Below, piece by piece: positions 8,737 to 18,283 of a DNA stretch of 64,000 bases. Source of the DNA: a virus. Lineage: Duplodnaviria; Caudoviricetes. The notes beneath the pieces are model-generated. The model saw only the letters and a list, made by a program, of their open reading frames with translations, was not told where the DNA came from and did not search any database. Location of the stretch: the IMG/VR virus record IMGVR_UViG_3300035182_001152; one strand, 5' to 3'. Position numbers and translations under genes: made by a program. Numbering within the stretch: position 1 is the first letter of the stretch; each line of letters begins with the position of its first letter.

Positions 8737-10086
8737 ATGGATAATAACAACAAACAACGCCTTCTGGTGGAGTACTTGATTTCCTCCCCGGATACCTTTG
8801 CGCGATGCAAAGGAATTGTCAAGTCGACATACTTCGATCCAGAGTATCGCAAGACAGTTGACTTTTTGCACTCATACTACGACAAGTATAGTGCAACGCC
8901 GAACCCAGCACAGGTCAAGGCTGAAACTGGCGTTCATCTAGAAACACACCACATTACCCGAGATCAGATTATGTACTGTTCGGATGAGATTGAAACATTC
9001 TGTCGCCGCCGCGCGGTGCAACAGGCAATCCTCGCTGCACCGAAGATGATTGCAGATGAGGATTATGGCGGTGTTGAGAACCTAATCAAGGACGCGATTT
9101 CTGTGTCCTTGAATCGTGAACTTGGCCTTGAGTATTTCTTATCGCCACTTGAACGACTACGGGCCCTTGCAGCGACACCGCAACGCACCCCAACCTTGTG
9201 GACCGCATTTGATCAACTGCTCGGTGGTGGCCTGGCACGCAAGGAAATCTTGCTGTTCTCGGCTAACTCCGGCGGTGGTAAGTCGATCACTCTCGCCAAC
9301 TTAGCACTAAACTTCTTGATGCAAGAGAAGTTCCCAGGAGCTGGCAAGAAGATGGATGTGTTGTACATATCTCTAGAACTGTCTGAAGAGTTGATTGCTC
9401 AGCGATTCGACACGATGTACACTGGGATTTCATCGGTTTGCTGGCAGGATAACTACCGCCGAATTGCTGATGAGGTCAAAGATATCGGCCAGCATATGGG
9501 TCGATTGACAATCAAGCACATGCCATCAGGCACGAATGCTAACGCAATCCGCGGATTCCTGAAAGAGTTTGAACTCAAAAATGGATATATCCCTGACCTG
9601 TTAGTGATCGATTACCTTGATATTATGGGAGCAAATGAGCACGTTTCAGCGGATAATGTATTCGAGAAAGACAAGCGCTCAGCTGAACAGCTTCGTGATA
9701 TCTTGTTTGAATACAACATGTATGGTGCCACTGCTTCCCAACAGAACCGTTCTGCCATTGATGCTCAAGAGTTGAATCACAGCCACATCGCTGGCGGTAT
9801 CAGTAAGGTCAATACTGTTGACTGGTATGTGTCAATCATCATGAATTCAACCATGAAAGCCGCTGGCGAGATTGGATTTGCATTCCTGAAGACTCGTAGC
9901 AGCGACGGTGTTGGCAAGACGATCTACCTGAAGTGGGACAACAACAGCCTGCGGATCAAGAACATGCCGAAGGATGAAGAAGTCGATGACGATGGTGTCA
10001 TAAGTAACAAGATCGCCGATCTGAAGGCGAAGAGAACCCCAAAGCAGCAAAAACTGCTTGACATCTTCGACTTGCCAGAGTCGTAA
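8737..10086 (+). CDS. DnaB-like replicative helicase (T4 gp41-like)
   Basis: Walker A ANSGGGKS, YISLELSE, VIDYLD, TASQQNR, KTRSS. Confidence 0.93.
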   Translation: MDNNNKQRLLVEYLISSPDTFARCKGIVKSTYFDPEYRKTVDFLHSYYDKYSATPNPAQVKAETGVHLETHHITRDQIMYCSDEIETFCRRRAVQQAILAAPKMIADEDYGGVENLIKDAISVSLNRELGLEYFLSPLERLRALAATPQRTPTLWTAFDQLLGGGLARKEILLFSANSGGGKSITLANLALNFLMQEKFPGAGKKMDVLYISLELSEELIAQRFDTMYTGISSVCWQDNYRRIADEVKDIGQHMGRLTIKHMPSGTNANAIRGFLKEFELKNGYIPDLLVIDYLDIMGANEHVSADNVFEKDKRSAEQLRDILFEYNMYGATASQQNRSAIDAQELNHSHIAGGISKVNTVDWYVSIIMNSTMKAAGEIGFAFLKTRSSDGVGKTIYLKWDNNSLRIKNMPKDEEVDDDGVISNKIADLKAKRTPKQQKLLDIFDLPES

Positions 10087-10114
10087 ATACACCAATAACA
10101 ATAAAGGAGACGAT

Positions 10115-10417
10115 ATGTCACTGAAGCTCGAACCAACCACAATCATCAACGTTGATAGCTCATCATTCGAAGTATCGAAGATGAGTGCAGAAGTTCAACA
10201 AATGATCAAGTACTTCGATGATTGGCGTCAGAAGGAAGTTGATCTGACCAGCAACCTGCTGATGGTCCGCGGGGCAATCCGCGACATCCAGAACACCCTC
10301 CTGGAGACGATCACCAAGGAATTGGAGGCAGCCAAGGTGAAGGCTGTAGCCCCGGCAGAAGACGTTACCGACGTCGCCCCTGCTCCGGTCAAGCGCATCA
10401 AGCGCACAGCCAAGTAA
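10115..10417 (+). CDS. hypothetical coiled-coil protein
   Basis: Start reassigned to ATG 10115 behind AAGGAGA; TAAATA at 10084-10089. Confidence 0.7.
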   Translation: MSLKLEPTTIINVDSSSFEVSKMSAEVQQMIKYFDDWRQKEVDLTSNLLMVRGAIRDIQNTLLETITKELEAAKVKAVAPAEDVTDVAPAPVKRIKRTAK

Positions 10418-10448
10418 CTCTACCCACTTATAACCAGAAGGATATCAC

Positions 10449-10742
10449 ATGAAACTAACCGAAGGCAAAATCACCACGATCATCTACGAGAAGGACAGTG
10501 GTGAGAAATCGTCCCGTGTCATCATCCCCGTTCAAGTTCCAAAGGATCTGATCCGCGCAATCGACCTGTCGGACGTTGAACCGGATCAACGTGAAGCCGT
10601 CGCGAAGCTGTATGAAGAGTACGCTGAGTACAAGGCTCGATACCTGAGCAATATGTTCAACTTCGAGACGTGGGCTGATCACACATATGGTGCTGTGATG
10701 AAACCAGCGTGGCGATCCTTCAAAACTTCTGGTCTACGGTGA
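10449..10742 (+). CDS. hypothetical protein
   Basis: 97 aa with AAGGA RBS; ends with WRSFK, a pattern seen in SH3/WYL-like phage proteins. Confidence 0.7.
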   Translation: MKLTEGKITTIIYEKDSGEKSSRVIIPVQVPKDLIRAIDLSDVEPDQREAVAKLYEEYAEYKARYLSNMFNFETWADHTYGAVMKPAWRSFKTSGLR

Positions 10743-10746
10743 ACGA

Positions 10747-10774
10747 GAGCCTCTTCGGAGGCTCTTTTCTTTTC
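10747..10774 (+). terminator. rho-independent terminator
   Basis: AGAGCCTC-TTCG-GAGGCTCT followed by TTTCTTTT. Confidence 0.85.
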
Positions 10775-10824
10775 TGGTTCCATAAATACAGCACGAAACT
10801 ACACGCTGTAGAGGAACAGAATCC

Positions 10825-11994
10825 ATGAAACTGCTGAAACAACTAAACGATAACGCCAAGACCCAAGCTCTTGCAGAAGATGCGGCAGGGGGTGCTGTAG
10901 GCGGCGGCGCTATGGGGATTGTTGCTATGCCCCTGTTCTCCTCTCTAGTGAAGAACACCAAGCCTGGCACGTCCATCAAGCCAATCCCAGGCCCGTATGC
11001 TGGCAAGAAGTCCAAGAAGAAGGGCATCTTTGGTCTGAAGGAAGCGTTCGACTCGGCAATGGGTGGTCAAGGTATGGGTGACGCTGCAGGTGGGGCAAAG
11101 CCAGCCCTTGACACCACAGAGGTGATGGCAAAGCTAAAGGGCCTTGAGCAGAAAGAAAAGGTCGACCACCGTGATACCGTCTCGTTTGGCCTTGAGGATG
11201 ATAATGGCGCTACAGTCCGCGTCACTGTCAAGCGCGACCAAGCTGAAGACTTTGAAAAGGCCCTCCAATCGATGATGGCCAGCTTCGAGGAGGAAGACGA
11301 AACTGTGCCAGAGATTGCTGAAGTACTGTTCAAGCTGAAGGATCAGTTTGACATTGTCGATGTTAAGTGGCCAGAAATCGCTGAAGACGAAGAAGAAGAC
11401 CAAGCTGTTGCAGGCGGTGAGCAGGCTGATCCTGGTGGCGAAGGCGACCTAGGCGATCCAAACGATCCGAATGCTGGAGGTGACATGGACCTCGGCGAAC
11501 CAGAGCCAGCTGCTGGTGGGGATGCCGACGCTGCCGGCCTACTGACGCAAGTCATTGACATGATGAAGGCTGACGCTGAAGCCCGTAAGGCAGAGGCGCG
11601 TGCTCGCGAAGCAGAGGCAAAGGGCAAGGAAGCAAACGCGATCGTTGCACAAACAATGGCTCGTGTTAAGCAAGAAGAGCAGTACCTGGACATGGACAGC
11701 TACAACAAGGCTAAGAAGGAAGAGAGCAAGGAAGCCAAGCGTCTAGCACAACTGGCTAAGTGGAAGCACGATCTTGCACGCGATTCTGGCGACAGCCTTG
11801 ATGACGACACTGACGGTGCTGATATGCCTTTGGTTCCAAATCGCGAGACAGCACCAGAAGAAGAGGAGCGCACGTATCGCACCCCTTCACGTGTTCCACA
11901 CACCCAAGTAGCACAACCGAAGAAGGTAGCCCCCGCTAAGGGCCGCGTACACCCGTACGACATCGCCGAATTCATCATTGGTAGGGTCAAATAA
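10825..11994 (+). CDS. acidic low-complexity late protein, probable head-internal/virion protein
   Basis: 389 aa; TAAATA at 10783-10788; ALAE and GLKE gp21-type motifs; acidic linker and coiled coil. Confidence 0.7.
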   Translation: MKLLKQLNDNAKTQALAEDAAGGAVGGGAMGIVAMPLFSSLVKNTKPGTSIKPIPGPYAGKKSKKKGIFGLKEAFDSAMGGQGMGDAAGGAKPALDTTEVMAKLKGLEQKEKVDHRDTVSFGLEDDNGATVRVTVKRDQAEDFEKALQSMMASFEEEDETVPEIAEVLFKLKDQFDIVDVKWPEIAEDEEEDQAVAGGEQADPGGEGDLGDPNDPNAGGDMDLGEPEPAAGGDADAAGLLTQVIDMMKADAEARKAEARAREAEAKGKEANAIVAQTMARVKQEEQYLDMDSYNKAKKEESKEAKRLAQLAKWKHDLARDSGDSLDDDTDGADMPLVPNRETAPEEEERTYRTPSRVPHTQVAQPKKVAPAKGRVHPYDIAEFIIGRVK

Positions 11995-12311
11995 TGGACG
12001 CCCAGTTGTCATTTAAGAGTTACCTAAGTATGGTTGTGGAAGATGTCCAACAAGACATCGCCAAGATCACGTCCGACATTGCAATGATTGATACACAAAT
12101 CAATCAACGCACACAACCGCTTCTGACGCGCAAGGCCGCTCTACAAAAGATGCTGGCCCTCAAGCAGAAGCAGGCGCAAGCGGACGCAACCAAGGATGGC
12201 GCGCCCCAGCCTGGTCAGACGCAGAACCCGATGCAGGCATCAAACCAGACGAAGACGCCTGGTGCTGCACAGACGCAAACACCAGGTAATGCACCTCAGC
12301 TACCTCAATAA
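11994..12311 (+). CDS. hypothetical coiled-coil protein with Gln/Pro tail
   Basis: 105 aa; TAATG overlap; N-terminal LSFKSYL resembles T4 capsid-targeting N-termini. Confidence 0.65.
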   Translation: MDAQLSFKSYLSMVVEDVQQDIAKITSDIAMIDTQINQRTQPLLTRKAALQKMLALKQKQAQADATKDGAPQPGQTQNPMQASNQTKTPGAAQTQTPGNAPQLPQ

Positions 12312-12313
12312 CA

Positions 12314-12982
12314 GTGTTCACACATTTAGACACGATTAGTCCTGTAGAACTGAAGACAATTGAAGGCCCCAAGGGTCGATTCTACGTCACGCCAGAAGGC
12401 AAGAAATACCCATCGATTACCACCGTTCTTGGGGCAGGTGAGAAAGTCTGGCTCCAAGAATGGCGTGCTAGCATGGGTGCTGACCGAGCGGACAAAGAAA
12501 TGCGGCGTGCCGCCAAACGCGGCACGGCAGTGCATGCGATGATCGAGAAGCATCTCGATAACGATCCAAACCCCACACAGGGGCACAAGCTCGAGCACAT
12601 TCCCGATTTCAACCAGCTGCGCCTTCCCCTGAAGAAGGTTAACAACATCCTAACGCAAGAGAGCGCTCTATGGAGCGACACCATGCGTGTTGCGGGACGA
12701 GTGGACTGCGTTGGGGAGTACAAGGGGAAGCTGGCAATCATTGACTTCAAGACGTCAACAAACAACAAGAATACGTCAATGATTGAGGACTACTACCTTC
12801 AAACTACGGCCTATGCCTTGATGTTTGAGGAACGTTACGGAATCCAAATCGATCACCTAGTGATTCTCATGAGCGTTGAGAAGGGATCAGTTCCTTTAGT
12901 GTTTGAGCGCCCGATTGATCCGTACATCGAGCCGCTACTTTTGCGCATAAATAGCTATCACACAAAGTATGGAGCAAAGTAA
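12314..12982 (+). CDS. PD-(D/E)XK exonuclease (RecB/Cas4-like fold)
   Basis: YPSITTVL, RGTAVH, AGRVDC, IIDFKTS, YYLQTTAYA. Confidence 0.88.
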   Translation: MFTHLDTISPVELKTIEGPKGRFYVTPEGKKYPSITTVLGAGEKVWLQEWRASMGADRADKEMRRAAKRGTAVHAMIEKHLDNDPNPTQGHKLEHIPDFNQLRLPLKKVNNILTQESALWSDTMRVAGRVDCVGEYKGKLAIIDFKTSTNNKNTSMIEDYYLQTTAYALMFEERYGIQIDHLVILMSVEKGSVPLVFERPIDPYIEPLLLRINSYHTKYGAK

Positions 12983-13566
12983 TGGACAATCTCGAAACAG
13001 GTGATACCGGCAAGGTACTTGGCAACACAGCAAAGGTCGAATTCTCGTCCTTCGGTAATCGTGCTGTTGAGGGCAAGGTTGATACTGGTGCCACCACGTC
13101 GTCGCTCCATGCCACGAATATCAATGTTAATCAACAACGTGGCCAAGTCTCATTCTCGAGCGAAGCCATTGGCGACAATGTGGTCACACTAGACCTGAAG
13201 GGTGTGCAGGAAGTGCACTCTGCAGACGGTGGAGGCCAACCTCGTCCAATCGTTGAAATTGATGTTACTGTTGACGGCACACCCATCCGCGGAGCCCAAT
13301 TTAACCTGAACGATCGCAGCAACATGGACTCCATGGTTCTGATCGGGCAGAACATCCTAAAGGCGGGCCACTTTACCATCGACCCTAATAAGGGCGGTGA
13401 TGAAGAGGGTACAGCTCCTGATGACCAAACGGCAGCGATGCCCAACGGCGTCAAGAACGAAAGCCAAATTATGCAGGCCATTGAAGTGTTAGTCGAGAAC
13501 AATGTCTCCTTGGGTGACATCCTCGTGTATCTTCAGACGGCTGCAATCAATCGCATCAAAGAGTAA
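12982..13566 (+). CDS. retropepsin-like aspartic protease (RimK-associated 'ATP-dependent Zn protease' family)
   Basis: KVDTGATTSSLHA, RPIV, FNLNDRSNM, VLIGQN. Confidence 0.8.
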   Translation: MDNLETGDTGKVLGNTAKVEFSSFGNRAVEGKVDTGATTSSLHATNINVNQQRGQVSFSSEAIGDNVVTLDLKGVQEVHSADGGGQPRPIVEIDVTVDGTPIRGAQFNLNDRSNMDSMVLIGQNILKAGHFTIDPNKGGDEEGTAPDDQTAAMPNGVKNESQIMQAIEVLVENNVSLGDILVYLQTAAINRIKE

Positions 13567-13571
13567 TAGTC

Positions 13572-14192
13572 GTGGAAACAAAATCACCTTTTTACATTGT
13601 AGAGAACTTCGTATCGCCTTTGAAGTGTGAGGATCTGATCGACACCATTGACTTCAATGTCCCAGATACGGACAAAGAAGGTCACGAGGTGAAGACGATC
13701 AAATACAGCGAAGGTGCAGAGAAGGTAATCTACAATCGGATTAAGATGATCATGCCCGAGCTGCAGGCATATTACCAATTTGTGTATCGTGGCACAGAAC
13801 GTGTCACGTTTGAGTGGTTCCCCGAAGGCAGCAGGGGACAGCATCAGAGTGAAAACAGTGAGTTCACTCGCGGTAAGTGGCTACGCACGCGCGGACGAGA
13901 TTTCTCAGCCGTACTGTTCCTATGCGACTACCAGGACAAGGTGCCTTTCGAGGCAGATTATGAAGTGTACGGCGGTAAGCTCGAATTTGCGCAACACAAA
14001 TTCGGTTTTAACCCTCAGCGTGGTACGTTGGTTGTGTTTCCCAGCGATCCGCACTTCATCAACTGCACCGCTCCTATTTTAGCCGGCGATCTGTATCAGG
14101 CTCGCATTCACATTGCAGCTCAGACGCCGTACCTGTATAATCCCCAAGACTTCCCTGGGGATTATACGAAGTGGTTCAACTCGGTGTTGTGA
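13572..14192 (+). CDS. 2OG-Fe(II) oxygenase-like protein, catalytic residues apparently degenerate
   Basis: RDFSAVLFL, YGGKLEF, GTLVVFPS fold motifs; HxD...H...R triad not canonical. Confidence 0.7.
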   Translation: METKSPFYIVENFVSPLKCEDLIDTIDFNVPDTDKEGHEVKTIKYSEGAEKVIYNRIKMIMPELQAYYQFVYRGTERVTFEWFPEGSRGQHQSENSEFTRGKWLRTRGRDFSAVLFLCDYQDKVPFEADYEVYGGKLEFAQHKFGFNPQRGTLVVFPSDPHFINCTAPILAGDLYQARIHIAAQTPYLYNPQDFPGDYTKWFNSVL

Positions 14193-14198
14193 TCCGCA

Positions 14199-14228
14199 GT
14201 TGATCTAACAACTTAACCGTTGTAACTT
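14199..14228 (+). promoter_or_regulatory. sigma70-type promoter TTGATC-N17-TAACTT
   Basis: Intergenic; followed by an 11-bp 5'UTR hairpin TCCCTATGCGA/TCGCATGGGGA. Confidence 0.5.
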
Positions 14229-14283
14229 CCCTATGCGATTCAGTTCGCATGGGGATCTATTCACTCGACGAAAAGGAAAGACG

Positions 14284-14979
14284 ATGAAGAATACTCATCT
14301 ATTCACCAACGTCACTGCGATTATTGTTTTGTTCGTAGTGCTATTGATCGGCGGCACAACTACCCGCGTCGATCCTGCCAGGGCTACTCCTGTGCAGACC
14401 GTTGAACAGGCAGAGCCTGTTCACAAAATGTCCGTTGAACTGGTTGAAATTTCGACACCAGTGATGGTCAAGAGCAGCATGTCTGCTAACATGAAGAAGG
14501 TGTTTATGATCGGCCGTGAGGTCGGAAACGCTGAAACCCTGCAAGCAATCCTACTGCAGGAAAGTGGCGGTGGCGCCGCTGATCCAGTTGGTACAAAGGG
14601 TGCACCAGTTGGTAAGCGTTCGTACGGTGTGATGCAGGTACAAGTCGTTGCCGCTCGTTCGATCCTGCAACGCCATCCCGAAATGGTCAAAAAGTACTTC
14701 CCTGGGCGGGTGTACGCATCGCTTGCTGACGAGGAAATCATCGCTTTGCTGTTGACCAATGACGAAGCAAACATCCGAATTGCCGCTACCCATTTCAAAC
14801 TGTACATGCAGCTGTGTGGTGGCGATTGGGACCGGGCTGTCGCAGCTTGGAACGCCGGTATTGGTGGTGTTGAAAACATCCCAGATCCTGCGGAATATGA
14901 CTACGTCATCAGCGTCAAATCAAAGCTGGACAACGTAGTTCGATCGTTTAACCGTAAGAACAACCTCACGTTGACTTAA
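14284..14979 (+). CDS. SLT-family lytic transglycosylase with N-terminal hydrophobic anchor
   Basis: AILLQESG (catalytic Glu), YGVMQV, AVAAWNAG; hydrophobic AIIVLFVVLLIGG; start at ATG 14284 behind AAAGGA. Confidence 0.85.
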   Translation: MKNTHLFTNVTAIIVLFVVLLIGGTTTRVDPARATPVQTVEQAEPVHKMSVELVEISTPVMVKSSMSANMKKVFMIGREVGNAETLQAILLQESGGGAADPVGTKGAPVGKRSYGVMQVQVVAARSILQRHPEMVKKYFPGRVYASLADEEIIALLLTNDEANIRIAATHFKLYMQLCGGDWDRAVAAWNAGIGGVENIPDPAEYDYVISVKSKLDNVVRSFNRKNNLTLT

Positions 14980-15037
14980 CAGACGTGAAAAACGTAACAT
15001 AAAACACTGAGACGAATACACCTATAAGGAGAAAAAC

Positions 15038-15400
15038 ATGGCAAAGTTCGCAAAGAAGGAAAAGGAAAGCAAGGGCAACGTGTTGGCTGATCCGGAAGTT
15101 CGGAAGAAGTTCAAATCAGCACTTGCCACGATTACCCACTACTTCCAACAAGCTGATGATGCAAAGGAAGGTGCGAAAGAGTCTGTTGCTGACATCGCCG
15201 TTGAGTACGGTGTCGACAAGAAGCTCGTCCGTAAGTTAGCTACAGTTATGTACAAGCATAACTACGGCGATCTCCAGGAAGAAAATCACCACTTTGAGAT
15301 CCTGTACGAGACAGTGATCGAAGGTAAACTGCGTGACGCGGACCAGATCGGAGGCGATCCTCTGGATGCGCCGGTCGACGACGAAGCTGGTGACGAATAA
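15038..15400 (+). CDS. dsbA: T4 DsbA-like dsDNA-binding protein
   Basis: Helical pattern E.G+DKKLVRKLA.+MYK.N+...EE...FE.LYE.VI; AAGGAGA RBS. Confidence 0.75.
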   Translation: MAKFAKKEKESKGNVLADPEVRKKFKSALATITHYFQQADDAKEGAKESVADIAVEYGVDKKLVRKLATVMYKHNYGDLQEENHHFEILYETVIEGKLRDADQIGGDPLDAPVDDEAGDE

Positions 15401-15402
15401 AC

Positions 15403-15427
15403 AAAGCGGCCTTGTGCCGCTTTCCTT
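15403..15427 (+). terminator. rho-independent terminator
   Basis: AAAGCGGC-CTTGT-GCCGCTTT followed by a pyrimidine run. Confidence 0.65.
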
Positions 15428-15439
15428 CTTGGAGACTCA

Positions 15440-18274
15440 ATGAGTTACATTTCCGCAATAACGAAAGAGAACAAGGTCTACGTTTGGGAGCGAAACGAAG
15501 ACGACGAACGCGTTCTCAAACAGTACAATGCACCGTACTACTACTATTACGATGATGAAGATGGTGATTACACTACCATCTTTGGCACGAAGGTAGCGAA
15601 GGCCGAATTCGAAACGGGTGCACAGTTTCACGCAGCAAAGAAGAAGCATGCTGCTGAGCGCGTGCAGACGTGGGAGAGTGATATTTCTCCTGAGTTGCGC
15701 CTACTGTCCAATGAATACTACGGTAAGCCCGCGCCAAAGCTACACATCACCCTCCTCGATATCGAAGTTGATTACGATCCAGAACTCGGCGTTCGTGTGA
15801 TTGACATGGTTGCAACGAATCCGTACGCACCTATCAATTCCGTTGCGTTAATCCACTGCTGGAAGAAAGAGATTGTCGTTATGTGCGTTCCTCCCGAGGG
15901 ACAAGACTGGAACGATGATAGTCTTCGCATTGCCGTAGAACAGGCTGCTCCAGAAGCTCCGATTGATCCAGACTTGCGCGTTCGTTACATCGTCTGTGAC
16001 ACAGAGCGTGAGTTGCTGCTGAACTTGATCCTTGAGATTGAAGATAGCGACGTGCTTGGCGGCTGGAACAGCGACTTCTTCGACATGCCGTACATTGCAC
16101 AACGGATCGCAAGAGTGCTGGACGGTGAACAAATCTCTCTGGAGACTGCAGAGACGATCGATGAGCGCACGGGCAAGCTCCGTCTGTCGTACACGGAGAA
16201 CCCGAATCCGTCGATCTCTAAAGCCAACAAGTTCAAGTGGCTAAAGAAGCTCGACTTCCCAACATATGGCGCGCCAACGTTCCGTGCTGTTGAGAATAAG
16301 AACACCGGCAAACTGATGGGCAACACGATCGATCTGGTTGGTCGCATTCGCACTGACTACATGAATCTAGTCAAGAAGTACGAGCCAGGTGAGAAAGAAT
16401 CATACAAGCTGGCTACTGTTTCAGCAGACATTCTTGTTGACGACAAGACTGGCGCTCCACTGCTGCCCAAGCTAGAGTATCAGGGCAACCTTGCTGATTT
16501 GTACCGCAACAACTTCCCGTTCTTCGTTCGATACAACATCCGAGATACGGAGATTCTGTACGGCTTTGAACGCAAGCTCGGATACATCGAAATTGCGAAC
16601 CAAAACTACCACCTGTCCACCGGTCTATTCACGCACGTTCTCGGCACGCTGAAGCTTGCTGAACTCGCGCTTGTTAACTACTGTCACCACTCTCTTCGTC
16701 GCGTTGTCAAGAACGTCACAGAGCCTGAGGTTGATCGAGCAATTGACGGTGCACTGGTTCTGCTACCTCAGGTTGGATTGCATGAGTTCATTGGCTCAAT
16801 CGACATCAACTCCCTGTACCCATCTGCGATTCGGTCGTTGAACATTTCTCCGGAAACCCTGCGTGGTCAATTCACACGATTCGTTAAGGATGCTGATGAG
16901 ATTGCCAAGGGCAGCCACGCACGACTAACGTTCCGTGTTGAAGCAACAGGACAGGAAGTGACAAAGACTGCTGCTGAGTGGCGTGAGTACTTCATCGAAC
17001 GTAAGTGGGCTGTGTCCGGCTACGGCACGGTGTTTGATCAGACGAAGCAAGGTTTCATTCCGGCGCTTCTTGCTGAGTGGTACGCAATGCGTAAGCAGTA
17101 TCAGGGCATGAAGAAGGACGCAGCAAATGCGGGCGATTACGAAAAGGCAGGTTATTACGACCGCCTGCAGTATGTGTACAAGATCAAACTGAACAGCCTC
17201 TATGGTGCTCTAACGAACCTGTACTTCCGTTTCTATGACCTGCGAATGGGCGAGTCGACCACAGCTACGGGCCGAGCAATTCTACGACACCAATGTCGTA
17301 CTGTTGCTTTGACTCTTGAAGGGACGTACGACGTCAACTTCCCAATGTACACTGACCTTGATGGAGCTGCTGAGATGGGGTACGATGAGGATGAAGCCCG
17401 GATGGTTTCCCTTAACGGCCCGTACTTCAATGGCAAGCACCAGTCTGACTCCGTGATCTACGGTGACACCGACTCAACGTACTTCAAAACGTACGCACAG
17501 ACGCCTGAAGAGGCGATCGCAATTGCCGATGCAATTGCGGATAAGGTCAACGCATCGTACCCTGAGTTCATGCGCAACACGTTCTTGTGTACGACAGGCT
17601 ACGACAACATCATCAAGGCCGGACGCGAAATCGTATCAGACCGTGGTATTTTCGTAGAAAAGAAGCGATACATCCTGCACTTGATTGACTTGGACGGTAA
17701 GACGGTCGACAAGCTGAAGGTGATGGGCCTAGACACAAAGAAAACAACACTTCCAGCAGAAGTGTCCAAGAAGCTGAACGGCTTTATTGAGCGATTCCTT
17801 AAGGGTGAATCCTGGGAAGAAATCTCCGTGTCGATTGTTGAGTACAAAGAAGAGCTCAAGAACGCAACTGATTTGATGCGTATTGGCATGCCGAAGGGTG
17901 TCAATAAGATTGAAGAGTACACCACGAAGTATGCTGACAAAGGAAAGACGGCTCGACTGCCTGGTCATGTTGCCGCGTCGATCTATTACAATGAAAGTCT
18001 CATAACTTACAAGGACAACATTAGTACACCAATCTCTTCAGGCATGAAGATCAAGGTGTTCTACTTGATCGGTAACCACGGCAAGTTCAAGAGTATTGCT
18101 ATTCCTACCGATTCGGAAGTGATCCCACAATGGTTCCTGGATCACTTCCGCGTTGACCGAGAGGCTCACGTTGAGCGTTTGGTTGATAACCCTCTGAACA
18201 ACATTCTGAAGGCTATTGGCAAGGAACCTCCATCGAAGCAGAGTCTATTTGTGGATAGTCTGCTGGTATTTTAA
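15440..18274 (+). CDS. family B DNA polymerase (T4 gp43-like)
   Basis: Exo DIEVD and GWNSDFFD; DINSLYPS, KIKLNSLYG, YGDTDS; no intein seen. Confidence 0.97.
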   Translation: MSYISAITKENKVYVWERNEDDERVLKQYNAPYYYYYDDEDGDYTTIFGTKVAKAEFETGAQFHAAKKKHAAERVQTWESDISPELRLLSNEYYGKPAPKLHITLLDIEVDYDPELGVRVIDMVATNPYAPINSVALIHCWKKEIVVMCVPPEGQDWNDDSLRIAVEQAAPEAPIDPDLRVRYIVCDTERELLLNLILEIEDSDVLGGWNSDFFDMPYIAQRIARVLDGEQISLETAETIDERTGKLRLSYTENPNPSISKANKFKWLKKLDFPTYGAPTFRAVENKNTGKLMGNTIDLVGRIRTDYMNLVKKYEPGEKESYKLATVSADILVDDKTGAPLLPKLEYQGNLADLYRNNFPFFVRYNIRDTEILYGFERKLGYIEIANQNYHLSTGLFTHVLGTLKLAELALVNYCHHSLRRVVKNVTEPEVDRAIDGALVLLPQVGLHEFIGSIDINSLYPSAIRSLNISPETLRGQFTRFVKDADEIAKGSHARLTFRVEATGQEVTKTAAEWREYFIERKWAVSGYGTVFDQTKQGFIPALLAEWYAMRKQYQGMKKDAANAGDYEKAGYYDRLQYVYKIKLNSLYGALTNLYFRFYDLRMGESTTATGRAILRHQCRTVALTLEGTYDVNFPMYTDLDGAAEMGYDEDEARMVSLNGPYFNGKHQSDSVIYGDTDSTYFKTYAQTPEEAIAIADAIADKVNASYPEFMRNTFLCTTGYDNIIKAGREIVSDRGIFVEKKRYILHLIDLDGKTVDKLKVMGLDTKKTTLPAEVSKKLNGFIERFLKGESWEEISVSIVEYKEELKNATDLMRIGMPKGVNKIEEYTTKYADKGKTARLPGHVAASIYYNESLITYKDNISTPISSGMKIKVFYLIGNHGKFKSIAIPTDSEVIPQWFLDHFRVDREAHVERLVDNPLNNILKAIGKEPPSKQSLFVDSLLVF

Positions 18275-18283
18275 GGGGTAATC

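Noticed and set aside
12314-12982. Cas4-like nuclease suggesting a CRISPR locus
   Set aside because: No repeat-spacer array or other cas gene was seen, and such exonucleases are common in T4-like phages.
15440-18274. Possible intein or intron in the polymerase, helicase, nrdA or portal
   Set aside because: Lengths are ordinary, motifs are contiguous, and no C...HN intein termini or LAGLIDADG blocks were seen.
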